Assembly (NCBI GenBank): GCA_040901985.1 | Contig: JBBDYC010000006.1 | Span: 1-29,561, forward strand | Origin: Gemmatimonadaceae bacterium | GTDB taxonomy: Bacteria; Gemmatimonadota; Gemmatimonadetes; Gemmatimonadales; Gemmatimonadaceae | Direction: 5' to 3' | DNA: 29,561 nt | Part shown: positions 19,423 through 29,069 of the stretch, in pieces | Position numbering within the stretch: position 1 is the stretch's first letter | Layout: each line of letters starts with the position of its first letter | Notes under the pieces: generated by a model | The model's input: the letters and a program-made list of their open reading frames with translations, nothing else | What the model was told of the DNA's origin: nothing | The model's database searches: none | Position numbers and translations under genes: made by a program

Positions 19423-20521
19423 GATCCTGATCCTCGCCGGCGAGGCGTCGGGCGACCTCCACGGTGCGCTCCTCGCCGAGCGGCTGCAGGCGTTGCGCCC
19501 TGGGGGGCCGCTCTCCGGCACCGGCGGCGCGCGGATGCGCAAGAGTGGCGTGGCGATGCTCGAGGAGCACGAGGGGGTCGTGGGGTTTGTCGAGGTGCTG
19601 CGCCACATTCCGGCGCACTGGCGGCTCTACCGGCGACTGAAGGCGCGGTTGGCGAGCGGGACCGTCGGGTTGGTGGTCTGCATTGACTATCCGGGCTTCA
19701 ACCTGCGTGTCGCGGCGGCGGCGCGGGCGGCCGGCGTGCCGGTGCTGTACTACATCACGCCGCAGGTGTGGGCCTGGCGCGCCGGCCGCTTGCGTACGAT
19801 GGCGCGCGTCATCACGAAGGCGGCGGTCATCCTTCCCTTCGAGGAGGCGCTGCTGCGCGGCGCCGGAATCGACGCCACGTTCGTCGGCCATCCGCTGCTC
19901 GACCGGGCGCAGGCCCTGCGCGACCGGACGACCGCGCGCGCGATGCTGCGCCTGCCCGCGCGGGGGGAGATCCTCGCGCTCTTCCCGGGGAGTCGCGCGC
20001 AGGAGATCCGCCGCCATCTCGCCGACTTCCTGGCGGTCGCCGAGGAGCTGAAACGCCGCCGATCGGGCCTCACCGTGGTGCTGAGCGTCGCGCCGACGAT
20101 TGACCTGCGCGACGACGAGGTGCCGGTGCCACTCGTCCGCTCGGCGTCGTTCGATGTCCTGCGCGCGGCCGACGTGGCGCTGTGCAAGAGCGGCACGACG
20201 ACGCTGGAGGCGGCCGTGGCAGGGTGTCCCTGCGCAATCGTGTATCGGACGAGCGCGCTGTCGTACGCCATTGCGCGCCGGCTGGTTCGGATTGACCACA
20301 TCGGCCTCTTGAACATCGTGGCTGGCCGGACGGTGGCTCCCGAGTTCGTGCAGCACGCGTTCCAGCCGGCGGCGGTGGCCGACGCGCTCGACCCGCTCTT
20401 TGCGGAGTCGAGTCCGGCGCGACGGGCGATGCTCGAGGGGCTCGCCGAGGTGTGCGAGCGGTTGGGGACTCCGGGTGCCTCGAGCCGGGTGGCGGTGATG
20501 GCGGCCGCGATGGCGACGTGA
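19415..20521 (+). CDS. lpxB: Lipid-A-disaccharide synthase
   Basis: Start reset to GTG 19415; AGEASGDLHG, IDYPGFN, PQVWAWR, ILPFE, FVGHPL, PGSR..EI, SGTTTLE; 368 aa. Confidence 0.95.
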   Translation: MREILILAGEASGDLHGALLAERLQALRPGGPLSGTGGARMRKSGVAMLEEHEGVVGFVEVLRHIPAHWRLYRRLKARLASGTVGLVVCIDYPGFNLRVAAAARAAGVPVLYYITPQVWAWRAGRLRTMARVITKAAVILPFEEALLRGAGIDATFVGHPLLDRAQALRDRTTARAMLRLPARGEILALFPGSRAQEIRRHLADFLAVAEELKRRRSGLTVVLSVAPTIDLRDDEVPVPLVRSASFDVLRAADVALCKSGTTTLEAAVAGCPCAIVYRTSALSYAIARRLVRIDHIGLLNIVAGRTVAPEFVQHAFQPAAVADALDPLFAESSPARRAMLEGLAEVCERLGTPGASSRVAVMAAAMAT

Positions 20522-21147
20522 ACGAGCGCCGCCTGCGCTGGACGGTCCGTCTCGCCGGCTGGCTGATCCGTCTGCTCGGCTGGACCTGGCGTGTCGAGGT
20601 CGAGGGCCTGGTGTTGCGCGACGGCCTGCGAGCCTCGGGGAAGAACTTCCTGCTTTCGCTCTGGCACGGCGAGATCCTGCCGCTGTCGCTGCACGTGCGC
20701 GGCGAGGGCCTGACCATCATGATCAGCGAGCACGGGGACGGCGAGCTCATCGCCCGCCTGCACGAATCGTGGGGGAACTTTGCGGTGCGTGGCTCCACCT
20801 CCCGCGGCGCCGGTCGGGTGCTCCTCGGGCTCGTGCGCACGCTGGAAAGCGGGAAGGACTGCGTGATCACGCCGGACGGCCCGCGCGGGCCAGCCGGGCG
20901 CGCGCAGGCCGGTGCGGTGATGGCGTCGAGCCGGACGCAGGTGCCGATCCTGCCGATTCGTGCCTTCGCCTCGCGTGCCTGGCGGCTCCGGAGCTGGGAC
21001 CGCTTCCTTGTCCCGAAGCCGTTTGCCACCGTGCGGATCGTCTACGGCGAGCCGTGGATTGCCCCGGACAGCAGCGACGAGTCGGTCCGCGAGTTGGAGC
21101 GGCGTCTGGGGCGGGCACTCCCGTCCGACGCCGACGGTGCTGCGTGA
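20518..21147 (+). CDS. DUF374 / lysophospholipid acyltransferase family protein (LpxJ-like)
   Basis: Start reset to GTG 20518; LWHGE, ISEHGDGELI, VRGSTSRG, ITPDGPRGP, SWDRFLVPKPF; 209 aa; overlaps both lpxB and lpxK. Confidence 0.85.
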   Translation: MNERRLRWTVRLAGWLIRLLGWTWRVEVEGLVLRDGLRASGKNFLLSLWHGEILPLSLHVRGEGLTIMISEHGDGELIARLHESWGNFAVRGSTSRGAGRVLLGLVRTLESGKDCVITPDGPRGPAGRAQAGAVMASSRTQVPILPIRAFASRAWRLRSWDRFLVPKPFATVRIVYGEPWIAPDSSDESVRELERRLGRALPSDADGAA

Positions 21148-22190
21148 GCCGCGCGATTGAGCGGATCTGGTTGGCCGACGGCGCCGGCGCGCGGCTGCTC
21201 ACGCCGCTCTCGTGGATCTTCGCCGCGGCCGTGCAGGCGCGGAATCTCGCCTACGACCTTGGCCTGCTCCGGACGCGGTCGCTCGGCGTGCCGACGGTGA
21301 GCGTGGGGAATCTTGCCGTGGGGGGCACGGGGAAGACGCCGGTGAGCGCCTGGGTGGCGGGCGAACTTCGCGCGCTGGGCGCGTCACCCGCCGTACTACT
21401 GCGCGGCTACGGCGACGACGAGCCCCTGGTACACGAGCGACTTCTCCCCGGGATCCCGGTGATCGCCGATCCCGACCGCGTGGCGGCAGCGGCGCGCGCC
21501 CGCGCGCGGGGTGCGAACGTGTTGGTGCTGGACGATGCCTTCCAGCACCGCCGGGCGGCGCGCGACCTCGACTTGGTCTTGGTCGCAGCGGAACAGCGCG
21601 ATGCGCACCGGATGCTGCCGGCGGGGCCGCTGCGAGAGGGACCGCGTGCGTTGCGCCGGGCGTCGCTCGTCATCGTCACCCGCAAGTCGGCCTCGTCGGC
21701 GGAGGCAGAGGCGGCGGCGGCCCGCTGGACGGGATTTGCCGGGGCCCCCGAGAGCGTCATCATCCACTTGCGGCCACGTGACCTCCGGCCGGCGGATCCG
21801 GCGGGCGACGGCCGGCTTGCGCTCGACGCCCTCGGTGGCCGGCGGGTCCTGGCGATTTCGGCCATCGGGGCGCCGGAGGCGTTCGAGGCCCAGTTGGCGG
21901 CGGCTGGGGCGGTGGCGGAGTCGGCGGCGTACCCCGACCATCACCCGTTCACTGACGCCGAGGTGGCGGCGCTGGCTCGCCGCGCGGCGTCGGCCGACCT
22001 GGCGTGCTGCACCCTCAAGGACGCCGCCAAGCTCTGGGCTCGCTGGCCTCGCCAAGGGCCCCCGTTATGGTATCTTTCGCAGGCTGTGGAAGTCGAACGG
22101 GGCGCGGCGATCCTGCGCGACGCGCTTCGAAGACTGGTTCCCGGCGCATCACCCCGAGCGACCCGACAACCCGATCCGCCGGTGTCCTGA
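21144..22190 (+). CDS. lpxK: Tetraacyldisaccharide 4'-kinase
   Basis: Start reset to GTG 21144; [48 protein letters not shown]; 348 aa. Confidence 0.94.
   Translation: MSRAIERIWLADGAGARLLTPLSWIFAAAVQARNLAYDLGLLRTRSLGVPTVSVGNLAVGGTGKTPVSAWVAGELRALGASPAVLLRGYGDDEPLVHERLLPGIPVIADPDRVAAAARARARGANVLVLDDAFQHRRAARDLDLVLVAAEQRDAHRMLPAGPLREGPRALRRASLVIVTRKSASSAEAEAAAARWTGFAGAPESVIIHLRPRDLRPADPAGDGRLALDALGGRRVLAISAIGAPEAFEAQLAAAGAVAESAAYPDHHPFTDAEVAALARRAASADLACCTLKDAAKLWARWPRQGPPLWYLSQAVEVERGAAILRDALRRLVPGASPRATRQPDPPVS
22068..22076 (+). promoter_or_regulatory. Candidate extended -10 promoter for gdh inside the lpxK 3' end
   Basis: TGG-TATCTT in an AT-rich patch (CCGTTATGGTATCTTTCG) atypical of local codon usage, about 137 nt before the gdh ATG. 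Confidence 0.4.
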
Positions 22191-22212
22191 CCGGTTCTGG
22201 CCCCCGACCCCA

Positions 22213-23517
22213 ATGGCTGACCTGCGCCTCCCGACCATGCCGATCGTCCGGCCCGACAAGGACCGGTTCCTGAATGAGGAGAATCCCTTCGAGGCGATGA
22301 TGTCGCGCTTTGACCGCGCGGCCGAGCTGCTGGACCTCGAACCCGGCGTCTACAAGGTGCTCCGGAGCGCCGAGAAGGAGATCACGGTGTCCATCCCGGT
22401 GATGATGGACAATGGCGAGGTGGAGGTCTTCACGGGCATCCGTGTCCTCCACAACACGTCGCGTGGACCGGCGAAGGGCGGCATCCGGTTCGACCTCAAC
22501 GTCCACCTCGACGAGGTGAAGGCACTTGCCGCGTGGATGACGTGGAAGTGCGCGGTGGTGAACATCCCGTTCGGTGGCGCCAAGGGCGGCGTGATCTGCG
22601 ACCCGCTGAGCATGTCGGTCGGCGAGCTCGAGCGGGTGACGCGCCGCTACACCGCGGGGATCATCCAGACCCTCGGCCCCGACTCCGATGTACCGGCGCC
22701 CGACGTGAACACCAACGAGCGCGTGATGGCGTGGCTGATGGACACCTACTCGATGCACGTCGGCCATACGGTGAATGCGGTCACGACCGGCAAGCCGGTG
22801 GAGATGGGTGGCTCGCTGGGGCGCCGCGAGGCGACGGGGCGCGGGGTGATGTTCTCGGTGCTCGAGTCGCTGGCACACCTCAAGATGGAATCGCAGGGTG
22901 CGACGGTCGCCGTGCAGGGGTTCGGCAACGTGGGGTCGGTCACCGCGCAGCTGCTCTCCGGCGCCGGCTGCAAGGTGGTGGCGATCAGCGATCGCACCGG
23001 CGGCTACCACAACCCGAAGGGACTCGACGTGGACGACGCGATCGCCTACGTGAAGAAGCATCGGTCGCTGGAGGGCTACGCGAAGGCGGAGACGATCACC
23101 AACGCTCAGCTGCTCGAACTCGAGGTGGACGTGCTGGTGCCGGCCGCGCTGGAGAACGTGATCACCACCAAGAACGCCAAGAAGATGCGCGCCAAGGTGA
23201 TCTGCGAGGGTGCCAACGGGCCGACGACCGCGGCGGCCGACGCGATCCTCGACGAGAAGGGGATCTTCGTGGTGCCGGACATCCTCGCCAACGCCGGTGG
23301 CGTGACGGTCTCGTACTTCGAGTGGGTGCAGAACCGCGGCGGCTACTACTGGGACGAGGCGACGGTGAATGAGCGCCTCCGGAACATCATGGTGAACAGC
23401 TTCCGGGACGTGCTGAAGCTCGCCCAGCAGCATAAGGTCAACATGCGGACTGCCGCGTACATGGTGGCGATCAGCCGCGTGGCGACCGTGCACCGGTTGC
23501 GGGGCATCTACGCCTGA
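22213..23517 (+). CDS. gdhA: Glu/Leu/Phe/Val dehydrogenase, most likely glutamate dehydrogenase
   Basis: Start reset to ATG 22213; [59 protein letters not shown]; 434 aa. Confidence 0.92.
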   Translation: MADLRLPTMPIVRPDKDRFLNEENPFEAMMSRFDRAAELLDLEPGVYKVLRSAEKEITVSIPVMMDNGEVEVFTGIRVLHNTSRGPAKGGIRFDLNVHLDEVKALAAWMTWKCAVVNIPFGGAKGGVICDPLSMSVGELERVTRRYTAGIIQTLGPDSDVPAPDVNTNERVMAWLMDTYSMHVGHTVNAVTTGKPVEMGGSLGRREATGRGVMFSVLESLAHLKMESQGATVAVQGFGNVGSVTAQLLSGAGCKVVAISDRTGGYHNPKGLDVDDAIAYVKKHRSLEGYAKAETITNAQLLELEVDVLVPAALENVITTKNAKKMRAKVICEGANGPTTAAADAILDEKGIFVVPDILANAGGVTVSYFEWVQNRGGYYWDEATVNERLRNIMVNSFRDVLKLAQQHKVNMRTAAYMVAISRVATVHRLRGIYA

Positions 23518-23559
23518 GGATCGATCCGTCGCCAGGGTGCGTCGAGCCGGGGCGCGACG

Positions 23560-24024
23560 ATGAGGGTCTGGGTGGCCGTCGTGGGGAAGCCGCGCGATGC
23601 GGCGCTCGCGGCGGCCATTCGCGAGTATGAGGCGCGGGCGGCACGCTTTTGGCCGCTCGAGGTGGTGGAAGTGAAGGCGGAGTCGGGGCGCTCGGCGTCG
23701 CCGGAGGCGGTGATGCGCAAGGAAGGCGAGCGGCTCCTCGCGAGCCTGCCGGCGCCGGCGCGGCTCGTCCTGTGCGATCCGGGCGGCGAGGCGATGGATT
23801 CGGCGGCGTTCGCCGGCTGGCTGCAGGGCCGACGTGAGGCCGCGCAGGACATAGCGTTCGTCATCGGTGGGGCGCACGGAATCGGCGCCGAGGTCCGGCA
23901 GCGGTCGCATCGCCGATTGACGCTCGCCCCGTGGACGCTGCCGCACGAGCTGGCGCGACTGGTGTTGGCGGAACAGCTCTACCGCGCAGGCAGCATCACG
24001 CGCGGCGAACCCTATCACAAGTGA
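23560..24024 (+). CDS. rlmH: 23S rRNA (pseudouridine-1915-N3)-methyltransferase
   Basis: 154-aa SPOUT protein: VGK, KEGERLL, FVIGGAHG, TLPHELARLVLAEQLYRA, GEPYHK. Confidence 0.95.
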   Translation: MRVWVAVVGKPRDAALAAAIREYEARAARFWPLEVVEVKAESGRSASPEAVMRKEGERLLASLPAPARLVLCDPGGEAMDSAAFAGWLQGRREAAQDIAFVIGGAHGIGAEVRQRSHRRLTLAPWTLPHELARLVLAEQLYRAGSITRGEPYHK

Positions 24025-24084
24025 CCGGCGCCAAGTGATCCGCACCGTCCTTCGATGTTGGGCCGCCGTCGGCGGGAAGCGCTG

Positions 24085-25632
24085 ATGGGCAATCCCCGTC
24101 TGGTCACCGAGGCGTTGGGTGGCTCGCCGCTCTCGCGGGCGGCGCAGGAGGGCACGGCGCCGGAGGAGTGGTACGCGCCGCGGCCGCAGGGCGCCGCGGC
24201 GTGGAAGGCGACCGCCGAGCGGGTGCGCGCGGAGTTCAGCGGCAGCCGCTGGCTCGCCGGCCTGCGTCCGGCGCTTGACCCCGGCGGCGCCGCGGCCGAG
24301 CGGCTCGAACGCGTGGCCGAGGCCAACGGGATTGTTGTCACGACGGGTCAGCAGCCAGGCCTGTTCGGCGGGCCGTCGTACACGCTGCTCAAGGCAATCT
24401 CCGCGCTCACGCTCGCCGACCGCATTGAGCGCGACACCGGGATTCCCACGGCACCGGTCTTCTGGGCGGCGACCGACGATGCGGACTTCGCCGAGGCATC
24501 GTGGACGGCGGTGGCGGTGGAGGGCGGCGTGCGGCGCCTGACGATTCCGCGGCTCGGCACCGAGGGCGTGGTGATGGCGGAGATGCCGCTCGGCGATACC
24601 GCGGAGCAGTTCGAGCAGCTGGTCGCCGCCGCCGGCTCGGCGCCGCACGCCGGCGTCCTCGAGGCGCTGCGCGCCGCCTACCAGCCCGACGCGACGATTG
24701 GCGGGGCGTACGTGCGGTTCCTGCGCGCGCTCCTCGAACCGCACGGGATTGCGGTACTCGACGCCTGGCACCCCGCCACCCGCGCCGCCGCGCGTCCGAC
24801 GCTGGTGGATGCCCTGCGTCGCGCGTCGGTGGTGGATGAGGCGGTGGCCCTGCGGATGGTGGCAATCGAGCGCGCCGGCTTCCGCGCGCAGGTGCCGCGG
24901 GTCCCGCGGCTTTCCCTGGTGTTCCGCAGCGTGGCCGGCGCCAAGGAGCGGATCCCGATCTCCCAGGCGGCGGAGGTGGCGGAGCGCGCGGACTCCGTGC
25001 TCTCGGCCAACGTGCTGCTGCGGCCGGTGGTCGAGCGGCGGATCCTGCCGACGGTCGCGTACGTCGCGGGTCCGGGCGAAATCGCGTACTTCGCGCAGGT
25101 GGGCGCGGTAGCCGAGGCGCTTGGGGTGGACGTGCCGCTCGCCGTGCCACGCTGGGCGGCGACAATCGTCGAGCCAGGCGTGGACCGCCGGCTGGGGCGG
25201 CTTGGCATGGTGCTCGACGACATCCGGCATCCGCACGAGGCCGAGAAGAAGGTGGGCGACCGGGCGATGCCGGCGGGGATCCGCGCGGCGATCGATGGGC
25301 TGCGCGAGGACCTGGCCACGCGCCTTGGCGCGCTCGGCGCCGAGGCGGCGGCGCTCGACCATCTCGTGCCCGAGCGGGTCGTGGAGGGCGCGCGCCATCA
25401 GTTGCTGCATCGCGTGGACCGACTCGAACGGCGGCTGCGCGCGGCGTCGCGGGCACGGGCGGGGGAGGCGGTGAACGACCTCGCGTCGGTGCGGGCGGCG
25501 TTGATGCCGGAGGGACAGAAGCAGGAGCGACGGTTGAATCCGGTGCCGCTGTTGGCGCGACACGGCGAACTGCTGCTGGCGCAACTCAAGGCGGGGGCGG
25601 CGATGCACGCGGGGTCGCTGGTCGGCGGCTGA
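24085..25632 (+). CDS. bshC: Bacillithiol biosynthesis cysteine-adding enzyme BshC
   Basis: VTTGQQPGLFGGPSYTLLKA, PVFWAATDDADFAE, SANVLLRPVVE..LPTVAYVAGPGEIAYFAQ, coiled coil, QER. Start is ATG 24085 or ATG 24055. Confidence 0.88.
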   Translation: MGNPRLVTEALGGSPLSRAAQEGTAPEEWYAPRPQGAAAWKATAERVRAEFSGSRWLAGLRPALDPGGAAAERLERVAEANGIVVTTGQQPGLFGGPSYTLLKAISALTLADRIERDTGIPTAPVFWAATDDADFAEASWTAVAVEGGVRRLTIPRLGTEGVVMAEMPLGDTAEQFEQLVAAAGSAPHAGVLEALRAAYQPDATIGGAYVRFLRALLEPHGIAVLDAWHPATRAAARPTLVDALRRASVVDEAVALRMVAIERAGFRAQVPRVPRLSLVFRSVAGAKERIPISQAAEVAERADSVLSANVLLRPVVERRILPTVAYVAGPGEIAYFAQVGAVAEALGVDVPLAVPRWAATIVEPGVDRRLGRLGMVLDDIRHPHEAEKKVGDRAMPAGIRAAIDGLREDLATRLGALGAEAAALDHLVPERVVEGARHQLLHRVDRLERRLRAASRARAGEAVNDLASVRAALMPEGQKQERRLNPVPLLARHGELLLAQLKAGAAMHAGSLVGG

Positions 25633-27164
25633 TGACTCCCGGCGGCGCGCGCTTCGTGGCGGCGGGCATCGTGCTCAGCCGCATCTTCGGCCTCGTCCGA
25701 CAGCGCGTCAGCGCGCACTTCCTGGGCAGCGGCCTCGCCGCCGACGCGCTCGCCGCGGCGTTCCGCATCCCGAACCTGCTGCAGAATCTCTTCGGCGAGG
25801 GGTCGCTGTCGGCCTCGTTCATCCCCGTGTATGCGCGCTTGCTCGCCGAGGGGCGGCGCGAGGAGGCCGGGCGCGTGGCGGGAGCCGTCCTGGCGCTCCT
25901 CGCCACGCTGGTGTCGGTGGTGGTGCTGCTCGGCGTGCTCCTCGCCCCCTGGCTCGTGGCGGTCATCGCGATGGGGTTTGCCGACGACACGCGCGAGCTG
26001 ACCGTGCTCCTCGTCCGGATCATCTTCCCCGGACTCGGACTCCTCGTGCTCTCGGCGTGGTGCCTTGGCGTGCTCAACACGCACCGACGGTTCTTCCTGT
26101 CGTATGCATCGCCGGTCCTCTGGAACGTGGCGATCATCGCGGCGCTCGTGGTCGCCGGCCCGAAGCAGGAGATGGCGGCGCTGGTGGTCATCGTGGCGGG
26201 GGCGAGCGTCGTGGGGAGTTTCCTCCAGTTCGCCATCCAGGTGCCAACGGTGCTGCGGATCGAGCGCGGGCTCCGCCTGAGCGCCGGCGACGCGGCGCCG
26301 CACGTCCGCGAGGTGGTCCGCAACTTCGGGCCGGCGGTCGCGACGCGCGGCGTCGTGCAGGTGAGTGCATACGTGGATGCGTTGATCGCGTCGCTCATCG
26401 GGGCGGGGGCGATGGCCACCCTCGGCTACGCGCAGGCGATCTCGATGCTCCCGGTGTCGGTGTTCGGGATGTCCATCTCGGCGGCCGAGCTGCCGACGAT
26501 GTCGGCTGCGCAGGGGAGCGAGGGCGAGATTGGCGAGGCGCTGCGGGCGCGGCTCGCGAGCGGCCTCCAGCGGATTGCCTACTTCGTCATCCCGTCGGCG
26601 GTGGCGCTGGCGTTGCTCGGCGGCGTGCTCGCCGGCGGACTGTACGAGGGCGGCGCCTTCACGCGGAGTGACACGCAGTGGGTCTGGGGGGCGCTCGCCG
26701 GCTCCGCCGTCGGCCTGCTCGCGGGGACGATGGGGCGGCTGTACTCGTCGGCGCTCTTTGCGCTGCGCGACACGCGGACGCCGTTTCGGTTCGCCGTGGT
26801 GCGCGTGACGCTGGGCGGTGTGCTTGGTGCCGTTGCCGCGCTCTGGCTGCCGCGCTGGCTCGCCGTGGACGCACGGTGGGGCGTGGCCGCGCTCACCGCC
26901 GCGTCGGGGGTGGCGGCGTGGGTGGAGTTTGGGCTGCTGCGCCGTGCGCTGCACCGGCGGATCGGCGCGGTGGCGGTCGGGGGCGCGCTCCGGGTACGAC
27001 TCTGGATGGCGGCGGTCGGAGCCGGTGTTGTCGGCGTCGCCGCGACGCGCCTGGTGAGCGGACAGGCGCCCCTGGTCGTCGCGCTCATCGTCGTGCCAGC
27101 GTTCGGTGCGACCTATCTCGGCCTGACGCGAGCGCTCGGAGCGGACCGTGCCCGACGCGCCTGA
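25632..27164 (+). CDS. murJ: Lipid II flippase MurJ (MviN)
   Basis: SRIFGLVRQ, AFRIPNLLQNLFGEGSLSASFIP, many TM segments, D..TP motif; TGATG overlap with bshC. Confidence 0.93.
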   Translation: MTPGGARFVAAGIVLSRIFGLVRQRVSAHFLGSGLAADALAAAFRIPNLLQNLFGEGSLSASFIPVYARLLAEGRREEAGRVAGAVLALLATLVSVVVLLGVLLAPWLVAVIAMGFADDTRELTVLLVRIIFPGLGLLVLSAWCLGVLNTHRRFFLSYASPVLWNVAIIAALVVAGPKQEMAALVVIVAGASVVGSFLQFAIQVPTVLRIERGLRLSAGDAAPHVREVVRNFGPAVATRGVVQVSAYVDALIASLIGAGAMATLGYAQAISMLPVSVFGMSISAAELPTMSAAQGSEGEIGEALRARLASGLQRIAYFVIPSAVALALLGGVLAGGLYEGGAFTRSDTQWVWGALAGSAVGLLAGTMGRLYSSALFALRDTRTPFRFAVVRVTLGGVLGAVAALWLPRWLAVDARWGVAALTAASGVAAWVEFGLLRRALHRRIGAVAVGGALRVRLWMAAVGAGVVGVAATRLVSGQAPLVVALIVVPAFGATYLGLTRALGADRARRA

Positions 27165-29013
27165 GCGGGTCGCGCGGAAACTGGCGCACCTGCCGGACAC
27201 GCCAGGGGTCTACCTCTGGAAGGACGCGGCGGGGGAGGTGCTCTATGTCGGGAAGGCCAACCGGCTCCGCCCACGCGCTCGGAGCTACTTCGCCAGCGAC
27301 CATCCCGAGGACCCCAAGACGCGCCGACTCGTTGAGCGGATCGCCGACGTGGAGACGATTGTCGTGCCGAGCGAGGCGCACGCGCTGATCCTCGAGGCGA
27401 ACCTGATCAAGGAGCATCGGCCGAAGTACAACGTGATGCTGCGGGACGACAAGACGTATCCGTACATCAAGGTCACCGTGCAGGAGCCGTACCCGCGGGT
27501 CTTCGTGACGCGGCGGGTGCAGGGCGACGGCGCGCGGTACTTCGGCCCATACACCGACGTGAGTGCGATGCGCCGGTCGCTCGACGTGGTGAAGCGGATC
27601 TTCACGGTGCGCTCGTGCCGGTACGATATGCCGCGGGAGATGCCCGAGCGCGCCTGCCTCGACTATCACATCGGCCGCTGCAAGGCGCCGTGCGTGGGGC
27701 TGCAGTCGGCGGCGGACTACCGGGCGATGACGGACGAGGTGGTGATCTTCCTCGACGGCCGGACCGATGAGGTGGTGCGCCGCGTGCGCGCGCGGATGGA
27801 CGCGGCGGCGGAGGCGCTCGACTACGAGGAGGCCGCCAGACTGCGTGACGCAATCGGCGGGCTGCTGCGGATGGATGAGCCGACGGTGGTGTTGGAGGTG
27901 GCGGGCGGCGATCGTGACGTGATTGGCTACGCGCGCGATGGCGATGACGCGGTGGGCGTGCTGCTCCGGATCCGTGCCGGGAAACTCGTTGCGCGGGAGC
28001 ATCGGTTCCTCGAGGGTGTCGAGGGCGCGCCGGATGGCGCCGTGCTCTCGATGTACCTCGTCAGCAGTTACCTGAAGGCAGCCGACCGGGCGCGCGATCT
28101 CCTGTTGCCGTTCGACTTCGAGGATCGCACGCTTTTCGAGGAGGCGCTGGCCGGGGCGGCCCAGATCCGGATCCCGCAGCGTGGCCCAAAGCGAGAGTTG
28201 CTCGACCTTGCCGAGCAGAACGCCCGCCACCTGCTCGAGGAGTTCAAGCTCGCCGAGCAGGAGACGGACGAGCGGGCGGCGGACCCGGTCTATGAGCTCG
28301 GGCGTGAGCTTGGCCTGGAGAAGCTGCCGCGCTCGATCGTCTGCTTTGACAACTCCACCGCACAGGGCAAGGACAGCGTCGGCGGAATCGTCTGGTTCGA
28401 GAATGGCCGTCCGCGCCGGGCCGAGTACCGGACGATGCGGGTGAAGAGCGTGGACGCGGCGGCGGGGCCGGACGACTTTCAATCCATGCGCGAGGTGGTG
28501 GGTCGGTACTTCCGCCGCCGCCTCGACGAGAAGCGGCAGCTTCCGGATCTCATCGTGGTGGACGGCGGCAAGGGCCAACTCAGCGCCGCCGACGAGGCAT
28601 TGCAGGAACTCGCCCTCGGCGCCTTGCCCCTGATCGGCCTCGCCAAGCGCGACGAGGAGATCTTCGTCCGTGGCCGCCGTGACTCCCTCCGCCTCCCGCG
28701 GCGCTCGCCGGCCCTCCGGCTCCTCCAGCAGCTCCGCGACGAGGCTCATCGCACCGCCGTGACTTACAACCGCAAGCGCCGGACAATGCGGACGGTGACG
28801 AGCGAGCTCCTGAGGATCCCCGGGATCGGCCCCGTGAAGCGCCGCGCCCTGCTGACGGCATTCGGCTCGCTACAAGGCGTGCGCGAAGCAACGCTCGAGC
28901 AGATCGCTGCCGTCGAGGGGTTCAGTGAGGCGGGCGCACGCAAGGTGCTGGAGTCCCTCAACGTCGCGGTACCGCCAGCCGATCCGCCGCCGGAGAGGAA
29001 CTCGTCGGAGTAG
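27148..29013 (+). CDS. uvrC: Excinuclease ABC subunit C
   Basis: GIY-YIG (PGVYLWKD..LYVGKA), Cys cluster (C..CLDYHIGRCKAPC), UVR (YEEAARLRD), RNase H-like (FDNS, DGGKGQ, RDEAHR), HhH (IPGIGP). Confidence 0.97.
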   Translation: MPDAPERVARKLAHLPDTPGVYLWKDAAGEVLYVGKANRLRPRARSYFASDHPEDPKTRRLVERIADVETIVVPSEAHALILEANLIKEHRPKYNVMLRDDKTYPYIKVTVQEPYPRVFVTRRVQGDGARYFGPYTDVSAMRRSLDVVKRIFTVRSCRYDMPREMPERACLDYHIGRCKAPCVGLQSAADYRAMTDEVVIFLDGRTDEVVRRVRARMDAAAEALDYEEAARLRDAIGGLLRMDEPTVVLEVAGGDRDVIGYARDGDDAVGVLLRIRAGKLVAREHRFLEGVEGAPDGAVLSMYLVSSYLKAADRARDLLLPFDFEDRTLFEEALAGAAQIRIPQRGPKRELLDLAEQNARHLLEEFKLAEQETDERAADPVYELGRELGLEKLPRSIVCFDNSTAQGKDSVGGIVWFENGRPRRAEYRTMRVKSVDAAAGPDDFQSMREVVGRYFRRRLDEKRQLPDLIVVDGGKGQLSAADEALQELALGALPLIGLAKRDEEIFVRGRRDSLRLPRRSPALRLLQQLRDEAHRTAVTYNRKRRTMRTVTSELLRIPGIGPVKRRALLTAFGSLQGVREATLEQIAAVEGFSEAGARKVLESLNVAVPPADPPPERNSSE

Positions 29014-29021
29014 GCAGTTAC

Positions 29022-29062
29022 CTTCCACCTCACATCACACCTCACACCTCACACCTCACACC
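29022..29062. repeat. Heptameric short tandem repeat (CTCACAC)n between uvrC and thrC
   Basis: Exact CTCACAC at 29041, 29048 and 29055; degenerate CTTCCAC, CTCACAT and CACAC upstream. Confidence 0.85.
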
Positions 29063-29069
29063 AGCAGTC

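Noticed and set aside
21511..23517. Apparent 668-aa extended glutamate dehydrogenase, and similar extensions on mcsB, clpC, bamA, skp, the oxidoreductase, lpxB, DUF374 and lpxK
   Set aside because: The extensions overlap upstream genes out of frame and are low-complexity; homology-like sequence begins at the corrected starts.
23518..23527. 10-bp palindrome GGATCGATCC after the gdh stop
   Set aside because: Short, no loop or U-tract and no second copy noticed; compatible with chance.
22015..25608. 1197-aa minus-strand ORF, and similar long antisense ORFs at 9498-12269, 12158-14665, 6155-8275, 17725-19608 and 27085-28749
   Set aside because: They mirror well-supported + strand genes, are Arg/His/Gly-rich with no recognisable motifs, and are expected shadow ORFs in high-GC DNA.
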